From: Lama glama
Lineage: Eukaryota
Reading direction: 5' to 3'
DNA: 64,000 nt
Assembly (NCBI GenBank): GCA_028534125.1
Contig: CM052816.1
Location: 97,776,001-97,840,000, forward strand
Positions within the stretch are counted from its first letter, which is position 1. Each line of letters begins with the position of its first letter. Below are positions 39,121 through 51,942 of the stretch, one piece after another. A program made the position numbers and the translations under genes. The notes under the pieces were generated by a model. It had not been told where the DNA came from. It was given only the letters and a program-made list of their open reading frames with translations, and searched no databases.

Positions 39121-39808
39121 CAGAAGGTAAAACTCTGTAAACAATAGTTATGCAGTCAAGGCTGCGCTATAAAAATGCTTTTAAAACTCGTCAGAAGTTT
39201 CTTTCTTAAACAGACTAACTGTCACTTGCATTACTAGACTCCGGTGTCATAGGAAAGCAGACGTGCCCGTGTCCCTGCAGGTGAATTCATTCCTAGAAGT
39301 GCCCACGTCCTCGATGCGAGCCTCTGAAGGAGGCATCTGTCTCACTTCTCAGCCAGCGTGGGCAGGCACCAGCAGCTCGACCCCAGAATGAGACGAGGAG
39401 CTACATTTCACAGCTCCTGTGATGTTCAAAGGAGCATCTGGGGTGATCAGTGAGCCTTGTTTGCAAAGCCCTTTTCCTCTCAGGTACTAAAGAATAATTG
39501 CTTTGACATTGTCATTCGGGCACTAAAAAGGAGCTGGGGAACACAGATAAGGCGTATTTATGTGTTCCAAACCTCTCAGGGCTGGCGTGATGGTTCTGGG
39601 GCTGCGGACAAAGAACCGCCTATGACAGCATCCTCTCTGACCCTCAGACAAGGGCTCCTGCGTGTTAGAATGGCGCCTTCCCCTGAGGTGCTCCCAATGA
39701 CCCTTCATGATCACGACTACTTCCCTCAAAGATGCTTCGAGGTTTTATAGATGTAGGTTATAACCTCCATGCTGAAATTGGGTTCTTCCAAATACTGGAA
39801 GCTGGAAG

Positions 39809-39996
39809 CAGTGGCGTGCTGGTACATGTTTAACAATGGGCTCTCCTGGAGGGAAAAGGGAGCTGATCTGTAGCATTTGCTGATTGCCATGGTGTAAATA
39901 CTGCTACTGTGGCCGATTTCAAGCTACTGACTTGATATCACTGAACATAGAGCTGGGGCTCTGGTGACCCAGTGGGAGCTGGACCCAGCACACCTG
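39809..39996. mobile_element. MER63-like hAT DNA transposon relic
   Basis: Imperfect terminal inverted repeats cagtggcgtgctgg ... ccagcacacctg; internal ggtgtaaatact...ggccgatttcaagctac. Confidence 0.65.
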
Positions 39997-40025
39997 TGCC
40001 TGGGGGCAGGGACACACAAATGACA

Positions 40026-40512
40026 CTTTTTTAAAAATTGTTATTGAAGTGTAGTTGATTTACAATGTTGGTTTCAGGTGTACAGAAAAGTGATTCAATT
40101 ATACATGTGCATACATATATTCTTTTTCTTTCAGATTCTTTTCCATAATACGTTATTACAAGGAATTTAATATAGTTCCCTGCACTATAGAGTAGGTCCT
40201 TGTTATGTATCTATTTTATATATAGTAGTGTGCATCTGTTAATCCTCAACCCCTAATTTATCCCTCCCCCACCTTTCCCATTTGGTTAACTATAGTTTGT
40301 TTTCTATGTCCATGAGTCTGTTTTTGGTTTGTAAATAGAATTTATATTGTTTTTCTTAGATTCTACATATAAGTGATATCATATGTTTGGTCTTTCTTTG
40401 TCTGACTTGCTTCACTCAGTATGATAATCTCTAGGTCCATCCATGTTGCTGAAAATTGCATTATTTCATTCTTCTTTATGTTTGAGTAATATTCCATTTC
40501 CTATATATACAC
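40026..40512 (-). mobile_element. 5'-truncated L1 3' end
   Basis: Poly(T) plus the reverse complement of the same L1 3' UTR family; possible degenerate TSD caaatgacactttt / caaattacaactttt. Confidence 0.9.
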
Positions 40513-43505
40513 CAAATTACAACTTTTGATCAAGACTTTAATCGAGATCTAGAATTTCAGAGTAAAACCATGTAACTTTTTTTTTTAACTTAAACAGTTG
40601 AAATAAAGTTAAAAGCAGTTCAGATTTAATAAATTGCTAGTTAGTATTTATAGTTTCTCTGTATTTGAGTGTTCTATCTGCAAATTTTCAACAGTCATTT
40701 ACATAGACATGAATGATATATACATACACACACACAGATCACATATATACATATGTGGTGTGTACCTGTTTCCACACCTGTACACCTGAATGAGCCCAGT
40801 GCTGGTCTCAAATTCCTGAGGCCTAACCAAAGGTTCTTGCAGGTCCTGGTTCCTGTCAGTCCAAGGTTCTTCAGTTGGTGTTTCTATTAGACAGAAACTC
40901 TGTCGTTAAGGTTCACACTCAGTTATAATCGACCCACTAGCCAAGGAGTCAGTCATCGGTTTTCCAGGGGTGGTGCCGAGTTCCAGGTCCTCGAGAGGGA
41001 CCAGCTGAAGATGGCTCAGAAGGACTTCTCATCTCCTTGAGCTACAGACACATGGGAAGGGCTTGCCTGCAGCCAAGAGCAGAAGTAAACAGGGTGGGAT
41101 TAAATATAGACATTGCTGTTACCTGGAGTCAGTGCTTCACATGCCACAAACCTGCTTCTTGGTGAGGGAAGGCTTCTGTTCTCCAAGACATGGAGAAGAC
41201 TGGCAAGTCCAGAAGTCGAGACAGTGCCTTCCACAGGGCTGAGTTGTGCAAGATGCTCATCTCCACTTCCCCAGGTCAGTGCTGGCTCCCACTCACCTTG
41301 GGGTTCCCACCTGGGAATCTGTTGAGTCTACGCACACAAGTGATGGTAGGTCCAGGCATCAGACAGGTGTGCACCATCAGTATGCTTGCCATTAGGTTCT
41401 GAGGATTGGTCCATGGCACTCAATGGGAGAGACCGTCATTGCAGAAATGACAGACAGACAAAAGCTTCAAAGCTTACAGAGAATGAGGACATCTGATAAT
41501 CTTGTAGCTTTGGCTTAGATGTGGGAGGAAAAAAAAATAGCCATATTATCCTGTAACAACATTTTTCAAAAGCAAAAGACATTAAGAAGCTAGATTTTTT
41601 TATTTTGAGCTTTCCCTAAATCATATGAAGAAAAGCTCCCATCTTTAAACTACCATTGCCGGAGAGAGTTCACCATGGGGGGCGGACAGTGGCGATTAAT
41701 AATGTAGCACTTCCGTAACATCTGGTATCTGCAAAGTGCTTTCCAATGGGCATTCCTTGTGACTGCTCACGGTCACTGCAGCCCCGGGTCAGCAAGGATC
41801 TTTCCTATTTTCTCAGAGCAACATGTAAAACAGTAACTTGACGATCCTTAGAAGATCCTGTAACAGCAAATGAAGCTAGAAATAAGTGTCAACTCTTTCC
41901 TTCTATTCCGAATGCCACTTTTGAAAGTTGCTAATGGAAGTATATTCTGTCAGCTGTGTCAACAGGAGGGTGATGGTGTTTTTCTTCGTACCAAATAAGA
42001 GCCAGATCATCAAAATTCACATCTGAAAATACCACCCACAGTGAAGGTCAAAACAGCTACTGCCCTAATTAACACTTTGGGACATTGTTTTTTGTTTGTT
42101 TAAAAACAGAGAAATACAAAGTCATGTGTCCATGTTGAAGAGACAGACTTTAAGACCATAAACCATAATAAACACTAAATATGCTTTAACCATTCCAAGA
42201 TCCAGAGGAAGTGCATGATCAACCAGCAGATGAATTGTCTCATCTTTTGCACTAATGTAAACTGGAAAGGCTAACCTGCAGGAAGGGAGACTCATCTTTG
42301 CCGTATTAACTGGGACCCTGTTTGGCACCATGCACATACCTAGATGGCAAGCCAGCTCAGCTCCTGCCTGCAGTGGAGGAAAGGGCATTGATCAACGACC
42401 CTATTCACATCTTTACCAGACCTGTGATAAGTGACGTGGTGGCGGGCAACAGAGGAACAAACTTAGTCTGATGGGTCAGAAGAGGCATCCAAAGAAAGTG
42501 ACATTGAGCTGAAACCTCAAGGGTATGCAGTGTTAATCAGGAACAAAGAGAAGAGGGAACAGCACGTTCAAAGGCCCTGAGGTGGAGGCTGGATGATTCA
42601 CTGGAGATAGGCCGGGGAGCCCAGGAGGCCGCCAGAGCCTGGGCTCAGCCGCTTGGGCCCTGGAGCTGAGCCCAATAGCCTGTTGGGGCAGTCGCCACTG
42701 ACACATCTCAGGGGACCTCCGTGCCTCCATTTCCTCACTTGTGACCTTGTGTCGAACTTACAAAGTTGTTGTGAACACTCAGCGCTCTGTAACATATGAA
42801 GCATGTTATATTCTGCTTGGTAAGTTTCATCTAAAGCCTGAACTGTCGCCCTCCTGACACCTTCTTCCCCTCAGGACATTTCTTAGCCTAGATTCCATGA
42901 GGGACCACCCCGTGACATACTCCAAGAAAAGGAACTCGGATTCAGTGAGTTTGGGGATCACTGCACACTGGCAGTCTAAGGAATCTGCAAGTCCCACAGC
43001 TTTTTTTAATTAACTTTTACAACCAAACATGCACAAAAATTGACTACTGCCCCCTTCTTGCGGGAGGTGATGTTGTCACCTGCTAATAGTCAGGTCCCTA
43101 AGTTCCCAAGAGTTCCCTGGAAAGAATGCTGACCAGCTCCAGCCAAAGCTGATTTTAGACTCAGGCCTGTACATTTGCGAAGCTGCAATGGAGCAGTTTC
43201 AACATCGTTATTTAGAAAATCAATTATTTCAAATGTCCCATTCAGAACACATTCCCAAGGCCTGCTCATGCCTCAGAACATTTTCCTGACCCACATCTGT
43301 AAATTTCAATTTATTCAGTAGGTGGCTTTCAGGGAACAGATTTGTGTTCCTGGAATAATACACCCTTCACAGCATCATTTTATTTCCGAGGCTCAGTTTC
43401 CTCACCTGGAAACTACAGCGTGAGACTAAGTGACCCAAAAGCCCTTCAGACACTACGATTACACCACTTCATGTCAAGGTCTTCCGAAGGTACCTGATCT
43501 GTATT

Positions 43506-44019
43506 TGTCAAGTGAAAGAAAAATACATGCACAACCTAAATGTTGAGAGTTATGATTTATTCGATGGACTTTCTAAGAATTCAAACCCAGGAGGCAGCCT
43601 CCCAGATCATTCTAAGAAACCGTTTTGCCCAGGCAAGGGAGGAGCCAGGATATATAGGAGTTTTTGCAACAAAGACCAGGTAGTTAGAACATTAAAATAT
43701 TACTATTAATTAAAGAAAGCCAGATATCTCACAGTTAAAAAAATCAGTGCTTTTCTATGTACGGGAAGGTGTAAAGGTCTGGGCTTATTGAAATCACTCC
43801 TCTGATGTGCACCTAGCTGTCTAGGGCCAGTGTCCTGTGCTTTCCCACCCTGAGTCCCCTCAGGGGGCACTGTTGGGGGTGCAGCAGAGGCCCGGCTGCC
43901 TACTGGTCTCCATCCCGAGTCCCTTTGGCTCACTGTCAGGGGTGGCGGTAGTGGCTGATGACTTGAGGGCCACAGCATCCTTTGTTTACTGATACAGCTG
44001 GCAATACCTTTCATTCACA
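43506..44019 (-). mobile_element. ERV1-class solo LTR, MER41-like (cetartiodactyl type)
   Basis: TG...CA termini. On the minus strand: TATA-like tatata at ~43651-43657, then AATAAA at 43556-43561. The U3 start tatcagtaaacaaaggatgctgtggcc matches my recollection of MER41_BT-type LTRs. TSD not clean. Confidence 0.7.
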
Positions 44020-44376
44020 TGCTCTTAGGTGATTATGCACCAGTCCATTCTCTACACATCCATCCACAAAGGGACAGACCCCCAGATCTTTGCCTCCTCA
44101 TCCTCCTATTACTTGTCTGTCTTTGCAGGGCTGAAGACTATCCACCAAATCATGATCATGGTTACCTGTGAAATTTTCTATGTGACCCTTTTTTAATGCA
44201 TTAGTATGCATATTTTATACATAATATAAAAGTGCCCCGGTGTGAACAACTGTTAAATCATGGATGTCTGTGTCATCATAATTTCTGTTTTTAAATCTTC
44301 AAAGGTAAAAATTATGATCTTAAGTAAGTGACAAATGTTTTGAATGGCCATCTCACCAAAGTCTCTGAAGTCATAC

Positions 44377-46008
44377 GGAGAGGAAGCAAGATGGCAGCGT
44401 AGAAGGATGCTTGTAGCTCACCCTCTCCCACAAATACACCAAAACTCACATCTACAGACCCACTCAGCCAACCAGAGCACCTGCTGAACTCCAACAGAAC
44501 ATCGCCCTCTTCGAAAGACAAAGATGCCAAAAATCTGGTAGGAGAAAAGGAAAAAAGAAAGAAGAAAAAGCGAAACAGTGCGGGACCGATCCCGTGGGGA
44601 GGGAGTGGCAAAGGAGGACTGGCGCTCGCTCTCTGGGTCTCCCCTCTCCAACAGAGAGGCCAGCGGGACAGAGGGGGAGCCTCTGAGGCTCAGATCTGCC
44701 CCGAGCTCCCCTTGACCAACAGAACTGAGTTAAACGGGCACAAAGGGTCCCTGCGACACCCAGCCTGAGATGCAAGCCGGCAGCTGGGGCCGGGACAGGC
44801 CACAGAAGCCGGGCAGAGGGCGGGGGCGGCTGCACTGAGGCAGCCCCAGGGGATTGGAGGGGGCTGCGCACCGTGGCTGGGAGGGGATATGGAGCAGAAC
44901 AACCTGGGTCCCACATAAGTTGCAAAAAAAGCAAAGCAACAAGGCTAGTGTGCCCTGGGGGGAGGGGCGCCACAGCCTTTGTCTCCTCAGACCTGCGCTG
45001 CCATTACTGGCGCTTCTCGCAAGAAGAGAGGCGGGCGGAGCCACAGCCACCGTCTCCTCCTGTGCGAGCGCGCGGGCGGCAGTGGGGCTGAGCCCTGAAT
45101 CCGCACTGGGGGCTCCGCAACCTCCTGGGCAGGACTGACACTTGTTCACAGCCCGAGGCAGATACGATCTTTCTGCCCTGGCACGTCAGAGAACTCGCGC
45201 AGCCAAGACAAACAAGGAGCTGAGATTTGGCACGGAGCAGGGGCAGGGCCGTTCCGCGGTCTTCCCCAAGCCCGCCTACGGAGAGGAGCACCGACCCGAG
45301 GCGGAGCACACAGCCGCACAGAGCAGCGGAGAGACCGGCACCTGGAGAGGGCGGGCGGCCCGCCCCCCCTCCTGGCAGGAACGCAGCACCTGACCATGGT
45401 GCTGGGCCGATGCTGCGGCATCAGGATGGGGAGTGACCCGCCCACCCACCGGGTAAGAGCTCAGCTCCTGACCCAGTGTTGAGAGGGGGCACGATCTGCT
45501 AACCGACAGCCACTGGGAGCAGCACAGTCGAGGGCGCCAACAGAGGGCCTCTGGAAACAGTAAGCTGAGTTCGTGAAACAGGACGAAGACACAAAGACAT
45601 CTCCATAAAATCATTAAGAGCACACTGTCTCCAGGAGAACTAGGTAACTGATACTCCTTAAGCCACAGTGCCAGAGAGATATGAGCAATACGAAGAAGCA
45701 GAGGAACCACTCCCAATTAAAAGATCAAGAGAAATCCCCTGAAAGCATGATCAAGGAAATAGACATTGATGGCCTACTAGATCAAGATTTCAAAAAAGGA
45801 GTGATCGAAGTACTGAATGAACTAAAAGAAATAGTGTTTAGAGATATAAAATATGTCAAAAATGAAATAGAAGCTATAAAGAAGAACCAAGTAGAATTAG
45901 TAAACTCATTTGCTGAGATGAGAGCTGACCTAAAGGCTGTACAAAACAGGCTAGATAATGCAGAGGAACGAATAAGTGACCTAGAAGACAGAACAACAGA
46001 AAGCACCC
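44377..46008 (+). mobile_element. Young LINE-1 5' end: CpG-rich 5' UTR and start of ORF1, running into a gap
   Basis: Starts ggagaggaagcaagatggc (YY1-type motif 44387-44395); ~1.3 kb GC/CpG-rich UTR; then an open ORF1. Confidence 0.92.
45681..46008 (+). CDS. LINE-1 ORF1p, N-terminal and coiled-coil part (partial, truncated by gap)
   Basis: MSNTKKQRNHSQLKDQEKSPE...LKAVQNRLDNAEERISDLEDRTTEST: 109 codons without a stop, containing the typical ORF1p RLDxAEERISDLEDR motif. Confidence 0.85.
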
Positions 46009-46508
46009 NNNNNNNNNNNNNNNNNNNNNNNNNNNNNNNNNNNNNNNNNNNNNNNNNNNNNNNNNNNNNNNNNNNNNNNNNNNNNNNNNNNNNNNNNNNN
46101 NNNNNNNNNNNNNNNNNNNNNNNNNNNNNNNNNNNNNNNNNNNNNNNNNNNNNNNNNNNNNNNNNNNNNNNNNNNNNNNNNNNNNNNNNNNNNNNNNNNN
46201 NNNNNNNNNNNNNNNNNNNNNNNNNNNNNNNNNNNNNNNNNNNNNNNNNNNNNNNNNNNNNNNNNNNNNNNNNNNNNNNNNNNNNNNNNNNNNNNNNNNN
46301 NNNNNNNNNNNNNNNNNNNNNNNNNNNNNNNNNNNNNNNNNNNNNNNNNNNNNNNNNNNNNNNNNNNNNNNNNNNNNNNNNNNNNNNNNNNNNNNNNNNN
46401 NNNNNNNNNNNNNNNNNNNNNNNNNNNNNNNNNNNNNNNNNNNNNNNNNNNNNNNNNNNNNNNNNNNNNNNNNNNNNNNNNNNNNNNNNNNNNNNNNNNN
46501 NNNNNNNN
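46009..46508. other. Assembly gap (500 N)
   Basis: Run of N. Confidence 1.
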
Positions 46509-47399
46509 ACTAAAAAGTAGAAACAAACCCAAAATCCACCAGCCGATGAAGGCATAAATGAAGCGTGTGTACAGCCCAGCGCTGCTTGGCCATGCAGGCT
46601 GGCGGCACTGACCCCGCGTGCCGGTGAGGTCAGCCAGTGCGGAGGCGACGGGCCACGAGACTGCACCCCAGGACCAGCACGTTAGCAGGTGGAGAGCGTG
46701 CGAGAGTAACGGGGAAGCAGCACCAACCAAAACAGCTGCACTGACAGCTTCCTCTGAGCAGGAATTGCCCTTCGTCCTCCCCCGACTCTGTGAGGTGGAG
46801 ACCACTTACCCCCATTTCACAGACGCAAAAGGCAAGGCCCCAGGCCAGGACCCCACCTCGAAGAGATGACGGGGTGACCCCTACCAGGCTGGCCAGGTCC
46901 AGAACTCCAGCCTTCACCAAACACACCCCCGTCCACATGCCCCGGGGAGGGTGAAGGGGACCCACTCACGCTAGCCCCGAACGTTTGCGCTCGCCCCCCA
47001 GTCTCCACGGAGGCCACCGCGGGGGCTGCATCCTACACCTGCCGTGAGCTCTCTCGCAGAGGACGGGAAGGCTGGAAGCCCACGGGAGCGGGGTCAGCCC
47101 CTGAGTTTGATTCATGCCCCAAAGACTTAGACCCGTGGCCCAGTGCCCGATGAGGCTGACCACACACCACACACCTGGCATCACAGATCACAGATGCTCA
47201 GGGGAACTGAGGCGGTGGCCCCTCCTGCCCCTGGCCACACGGCAGGCCTCCTGTCCTCACCTCCGTCAGCCCCCATCACTGACCCGTCCCTCCTTCCCCA
47301 TCGGGAGGAGGCAATGTCTGCAGAAGCTGGCACCACGGCCACGCCTGCTGATGAACCTTGCTGACCTCCTCTGAAGGACTGATGAGGGAATGAGCATTA

Positions 47400-48175
47400 T
47401 GAGCTGCGTGTCTGGGACCCCGCAGTTCAGATGTGGAAGCCCCAACCCCCAGAGCAATGACGTTGGGAGGCAGGGCCTCTGGGACATGGTTAGGGTTGGA
47501 GGAGAGTGGAGCCCTCATGATGGGGTTGGTGCTCTGACAAGAAGAGGAAGACCGAGATCTCTCTCTCTCAATGTGCAGGCACCAAGGAAAGGCCATATGA
47601 GGACACAGTGACAGGGCAGCCAGATACCAGCCAGGAGCAGAGGCCTCACCAGGAACCACGTCGGCTGGCATCCTGAACTTGGACGGCTGGCCTCCAGGAC
47701 TGTGAGGAATAAATGTCTGCTGTGTAAGCCCCGGAGAGGAAGCTGACGTGTTCTGTGAGGGCGGCCAGGCTGACGAGGGCAGGAGTGAGGGAGGAACTGG
47801 CTGGTGCACTGGGCTCAACAGTGTCCTCCAAAAGTCCACGTCCACCAGGAACCCCAGAATAGGCCATTCATTGGAAATAGGGTCTTTGCAGATGTAATTA
47901 GGTAAATTAAACTACTCCAAAACGGGTGTCCTCATGAGAGGAGAGAAACTTGGACACAGATTCAGAGGGAAGATGGCCACGTGGAGCCAACGTGACGCTT
48001 CCACAAGCCAGGGAATTGCCAGCCACCACGAGGAGCTGGAAGAGGCCAGAACCTGGAGGGAGAGCGAGGGCAGACCCACAGCTTGATGTCCGGCTTCTGG
48101 AGTCCAGAATGTGACGAATTCGTTTCTGTGTCTTAGCTTCCCAGCTGGCGGTGCTCTGCCAGGGCAGCCCTCGGA
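47400..48175 (+). mobile_element. Two adjacent MLT1-type (MaLR) LTRs (~47400-47765 and ~47805-48175)
   Basis: gagtggagccctcatgatggg, gcctccaggactgtgaggaataaatgtctgctgt; ttggaaatagggtctttgcagatgtaattag, ccacaagccagggaattgccagcc. Confidence 0.75.
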
Positions 48176-48969
48176 CCGCAGCATGGCCCCTGGTGGGTTA
48201 CTGGCCCCTGACAGCCCTGTCTCCCTGGGCCGTTCACACGCCTCCCACCTGACAGAGCACCAGGCTGGCCACAGCATCCCTCACCCCAGAGCTGCTGGGC
48301 TGCAGGGGCCACAGAGCCGGAGCCCAGGCCGGCCCACTGCCAGCGGGGGGTGTGGGGGGCTCATGCACACGTCCTGTCTCCTCTCGTCCCCAACAAACTG
48401 CTGGCGACACCAGTGCCATCTCCTAGGATCGGGCTGAGCATTCGATAAATCAACAGTCCCCGGTGCGTGGAGTGGTACCCGGAGGCGGAAGGGCCCCGGA
48501 AGAGACTGGTCCACCTGCTTCACTGGCTGAGAGCAGGGCTGTGCTTTTGGCTGAACTGCCTTTTTTTGGAAGGCTGAGACCCCAGATGCAGAGCACCTTC
48601 TCTCGACTTCCGAGGGGAGCGTCACATCCTGCTCCTGCTCCCTGGTGGTGCCTCTGGGGTCACCTTAAATTGATTAAGTCAAGAGCCCTAATTTCTACAT
48701 TAATGTCAAGAAGGGAAAGATCAAGTCAGGATGAAAAGGTTAAGTTGGAGAGATTAAAACTGTCCCTGTCATTTTCTAGGTCAGGTGGGTTTCACTTGCT
48801 ACCTTGTCAAACGGAAATGTAACTGGAAATTGTTTCCCGGGGGCGGGGATGTAATTATAAGATGAAACCAGCAGAGCCCAGCACAGGCCCCCAGGGGGAT
48901 GGGCAGCTTCTGCATTATGTCTAAGCACATCTTTTCTTGGCTGTGTGCAGGTGAACACACATGGGCGTG

Positions 48970-49008
48970 CACACAGGCACACACATGTACACACACACAC
49001 ACACACAC
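48970..49008. repeat. (CA)n microsatellite, imperfect
   Basis: Directly visible. Confidence 0.9.
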
Positions 49009-51909
49009 GCCTCCATGAATTCCATCAGTCGCGCTTCTCCCAGGTGGAGTCACCACAGCGCACGCTGCCCCAGGAAGGGGAAAGGGGTGGGCGTGTCTTT
49101 TCTAAGTCATTCATTCCGCCTGTGAGAGTCACGCTGGGGCCGGGTCCCTTCACGGAGGAGGTGATGTCGGGTGGGTCTTGGAGATTCAGCAGCGCTTTGC
49201 AGACAGGCAAGAAAATCTCCAGTCTCAGAGGAAGACTGTGGGCCTGGCGGCGGGGCCCACAGGAGCTCTCCCGCAGCCCCGCCCGGGCCAGCGCGTGCGT
49301 GGTCAGTCTCATCCTCAGTTCGCAGGGCCGCGGCCAGCAGCCCAGGCTCGATCTCTCACCTCTGGGAGTCCCTCCCGTCACCACCATCGGCAGCATCGGA
49401 GCCAGAGGCCCGCCTCCCTGGGGCTGGCAGGGCTGAGGGAGAGCTCCGCGAGCCCCTCCCCTTTGCACCCCTAATGCTGTGACTGCACCAGAGCTGGCGG
49501 GGGCAGCCCAGGAACCAGGCCACCGTTTACACACACCGCCCTGGCCATGCCCGGCTCCCCCCGCCGCAGCCCTGCGAGTCCGCACTGGGCCTCTGTGAGA
49601 TTTAGGAGCCTGTGCCACTTCCTCCAGGCAGACACGGCCCCTGCAGGTGCCCCTTGGCCGGGCTCCTCAGCAGAGAACATTCTGTACAGCTCAGAATGCC
49701 CCGAGGGGCCCATCACACTCGCAGGCGCAGGGTCAGACCACACTCACTCCCCCCACTTCCAGGCTCTATGACTTGGAATTTCGAGTTTCTCTGAAACCCA
49801 GTATTCAGGAAAGCCCACTCCTCTGCCCAGACAGAACCTCCTTGTGCTGACCTGGGCCCTCCTGCTTGTCCCTTCCCTGCTCCCACCTGGGTCACCCTCC
49901 TGGCTCAGCCTCCCAGCTGCCATGTGCCCTCAGGGGCTTGGGCGCTGCCCCCAATCTGGTCCTGCAGTGCAGAGGGAGGAATGAGGCTGGCAGGGTGCTG
50001 GGGGACAGGGTGTCCCCATGATGTGTGGCTTTGATAATGTCACCACGAGCAAGGAGAAGGTGGACGTCTGAGATGTGAAAGAGCTTGTATGGTTGCTTGG
50101 TTCAAACTGTCAGATACAAAAAAACTGGATTCTGGGATGAGCTGGGCTTCCGAGGATAAAAGCAGGACTTTCCAGAATCCCTCTGGTGGACTTGGGGGGG
50201 CCGTGTCTGCCAGGGAGGGGACGCCCGTCCTCATCACTGGGAGGAGGGCAGCTGTGAGGCTTCGGCCCGGTGGAGGTGCCAAGCCCGTGGGAAGAGGGCT
50301 CTCAGGACCTCAACAGGCAGAGGAAGGCCACGCTCCTGGAAGGAAAAGAGAATAAAACATTTCTTCCACCAGCTCAGGCTCTGAGAGTCTGTTTGTAGGG
50401 TGTTCTCACCAAAGTTGCTGTTCTCAGATGTGGTGGTGAAGAGATGTGTGGTGATCAGAACCTAAAAACCAACCCACTCACCAGCCCCCAGCACCCTTGT
50501 CTGGCAGCGTGGGGGCCACAACCAGCCCCTCCAGTGGAGGTGGTGACCTCATGCACCTGCTCTGCCTGCCAGCTCCCTGGGGACATACCACCCCCCACGG
50601 GCTCAAGTCCTGTCCCCTGTCCCCCGACTCCCACCCCTGCCCCGTCCCCCGGGGAAGACGTTTCTCCCTCAAGGAGATGCTGGCTCCCCGACTCCTGTGG
50701 GTTGAGTCTTGTTTCCACGACAGACCCTTTCCTGAGGCCCCACACCACCCCCAGCTGCTGTTCTGCAGCTCCCACCCCGCCCCCCATCCCCCCCAGCACA
50801 CGGGGGGCCCTGATGACAGTAGGGCCACCAACCCCCTGCCCAGATCAGACAGGACCACAGGTCTGCACAGAGGGTGGAAGTCTGGTTTCAACAATTCAGG
50901 AGGGCCTCCCTGTCAGGTCTGATGGGCACCCCGTGGGGCGGCAGGCGGCAAGAGTGGCCCCAGACCCGCCATGCAGAGCCCTAGCCTCACCCTCACTGTC
51001 ATGGCCAGGTTGTTACAGATCTTTCTTTTTTTTTCAGTAGAAGAAAAACACTGCAGCCTTATTTCCTTGTCCTTTTTAAAAAATCTGGGCACATGGTTTC
51101 TTTTCAAACATTAACTGAATTCACAGCCCACCTCATGGGGCCACCCTCCCCGATAAAGGGACCCTCCTGCCAGGCGGGGGCGCGCAGTGCACGTGGGAGG
51201 GAGGGACCAGCTGGAGTGCAGGGCTGGGACGTCTGCTGTGAGGCAACAGTGCCCCCTCTCGTCTCTGGGGGGCGAGGCGCCCGCAGCCCGAAATTGCAAA
51301 GGGCGGGCAAAGAAGGGCCAGTGGGCAGCGGGAAGGGGCCCTCAGAGGAGAGAATCCAGGTGGGATGGACTGTGATGCCCATCCCAGGCCCCGGGTCATT
51401 GTGCCAAGGTCCCCTCACTGGGCAAGCGGCAGCGGGATGGCAGGAAGGCCTGGAGCACCTACTGGGGAGACAGATTCCCAGGAGACACAGCACCCAGGAA
51501 CTTGGAGATGGGCTGGGATCGGGGTGGGAGGGGATAAAACAAAAATGAAGCAAAGCAACAAAACAAAACCTTGGCAGTTATCTGGCTTCACTGTGGCTCC
51601 AGCCTCTCCTCCTGTGCTGTGAGCTAGAAACAGAAAAGAACCAAACAAAACCCTCCAGGATGGACAACACTGCAGTGAGATGCATTACGGCTAAAAGAAA
51701 AACTTGACATTCTTTTAAATTCAAGTGTCTCTCTAGATTCCAGTTTTCCTATAACACGAACCTGGAGTCTTACTATTTCCTGCACTTTCTTTGGTGGGTG
51801 ATGACAGAAGCAGGAAGCAGGTGCACCTACCCAGAAACTGGTGAGATTTCAGCAAGCAGTTTCAGGGTGTCCTGTGTGGCACTGAGCCTGCAGGAAGAGG
51901 GGCGCATGA

Positions 51910-51942
51910 ACACAACACACACACACACACACACACACACAC
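51910..51942. repeat. (CA)n microsatellite
   Basis: Directly visible. Confidence 0.95.

Noticed and set aside
44312..45716. Antisense ORFs in the L1 5' UTR (ORF0-like idea)
   Set aside because: GC-rich sequence lacks stop codons; the longest ORF (44464-44973) starts at GTG; no recognisable protein.
45782..46805. Long ORFs of 270-290 aa (also those at 6711-7241 and 37454-37745)
   Set aside because: Artefacts of reading through N runs.
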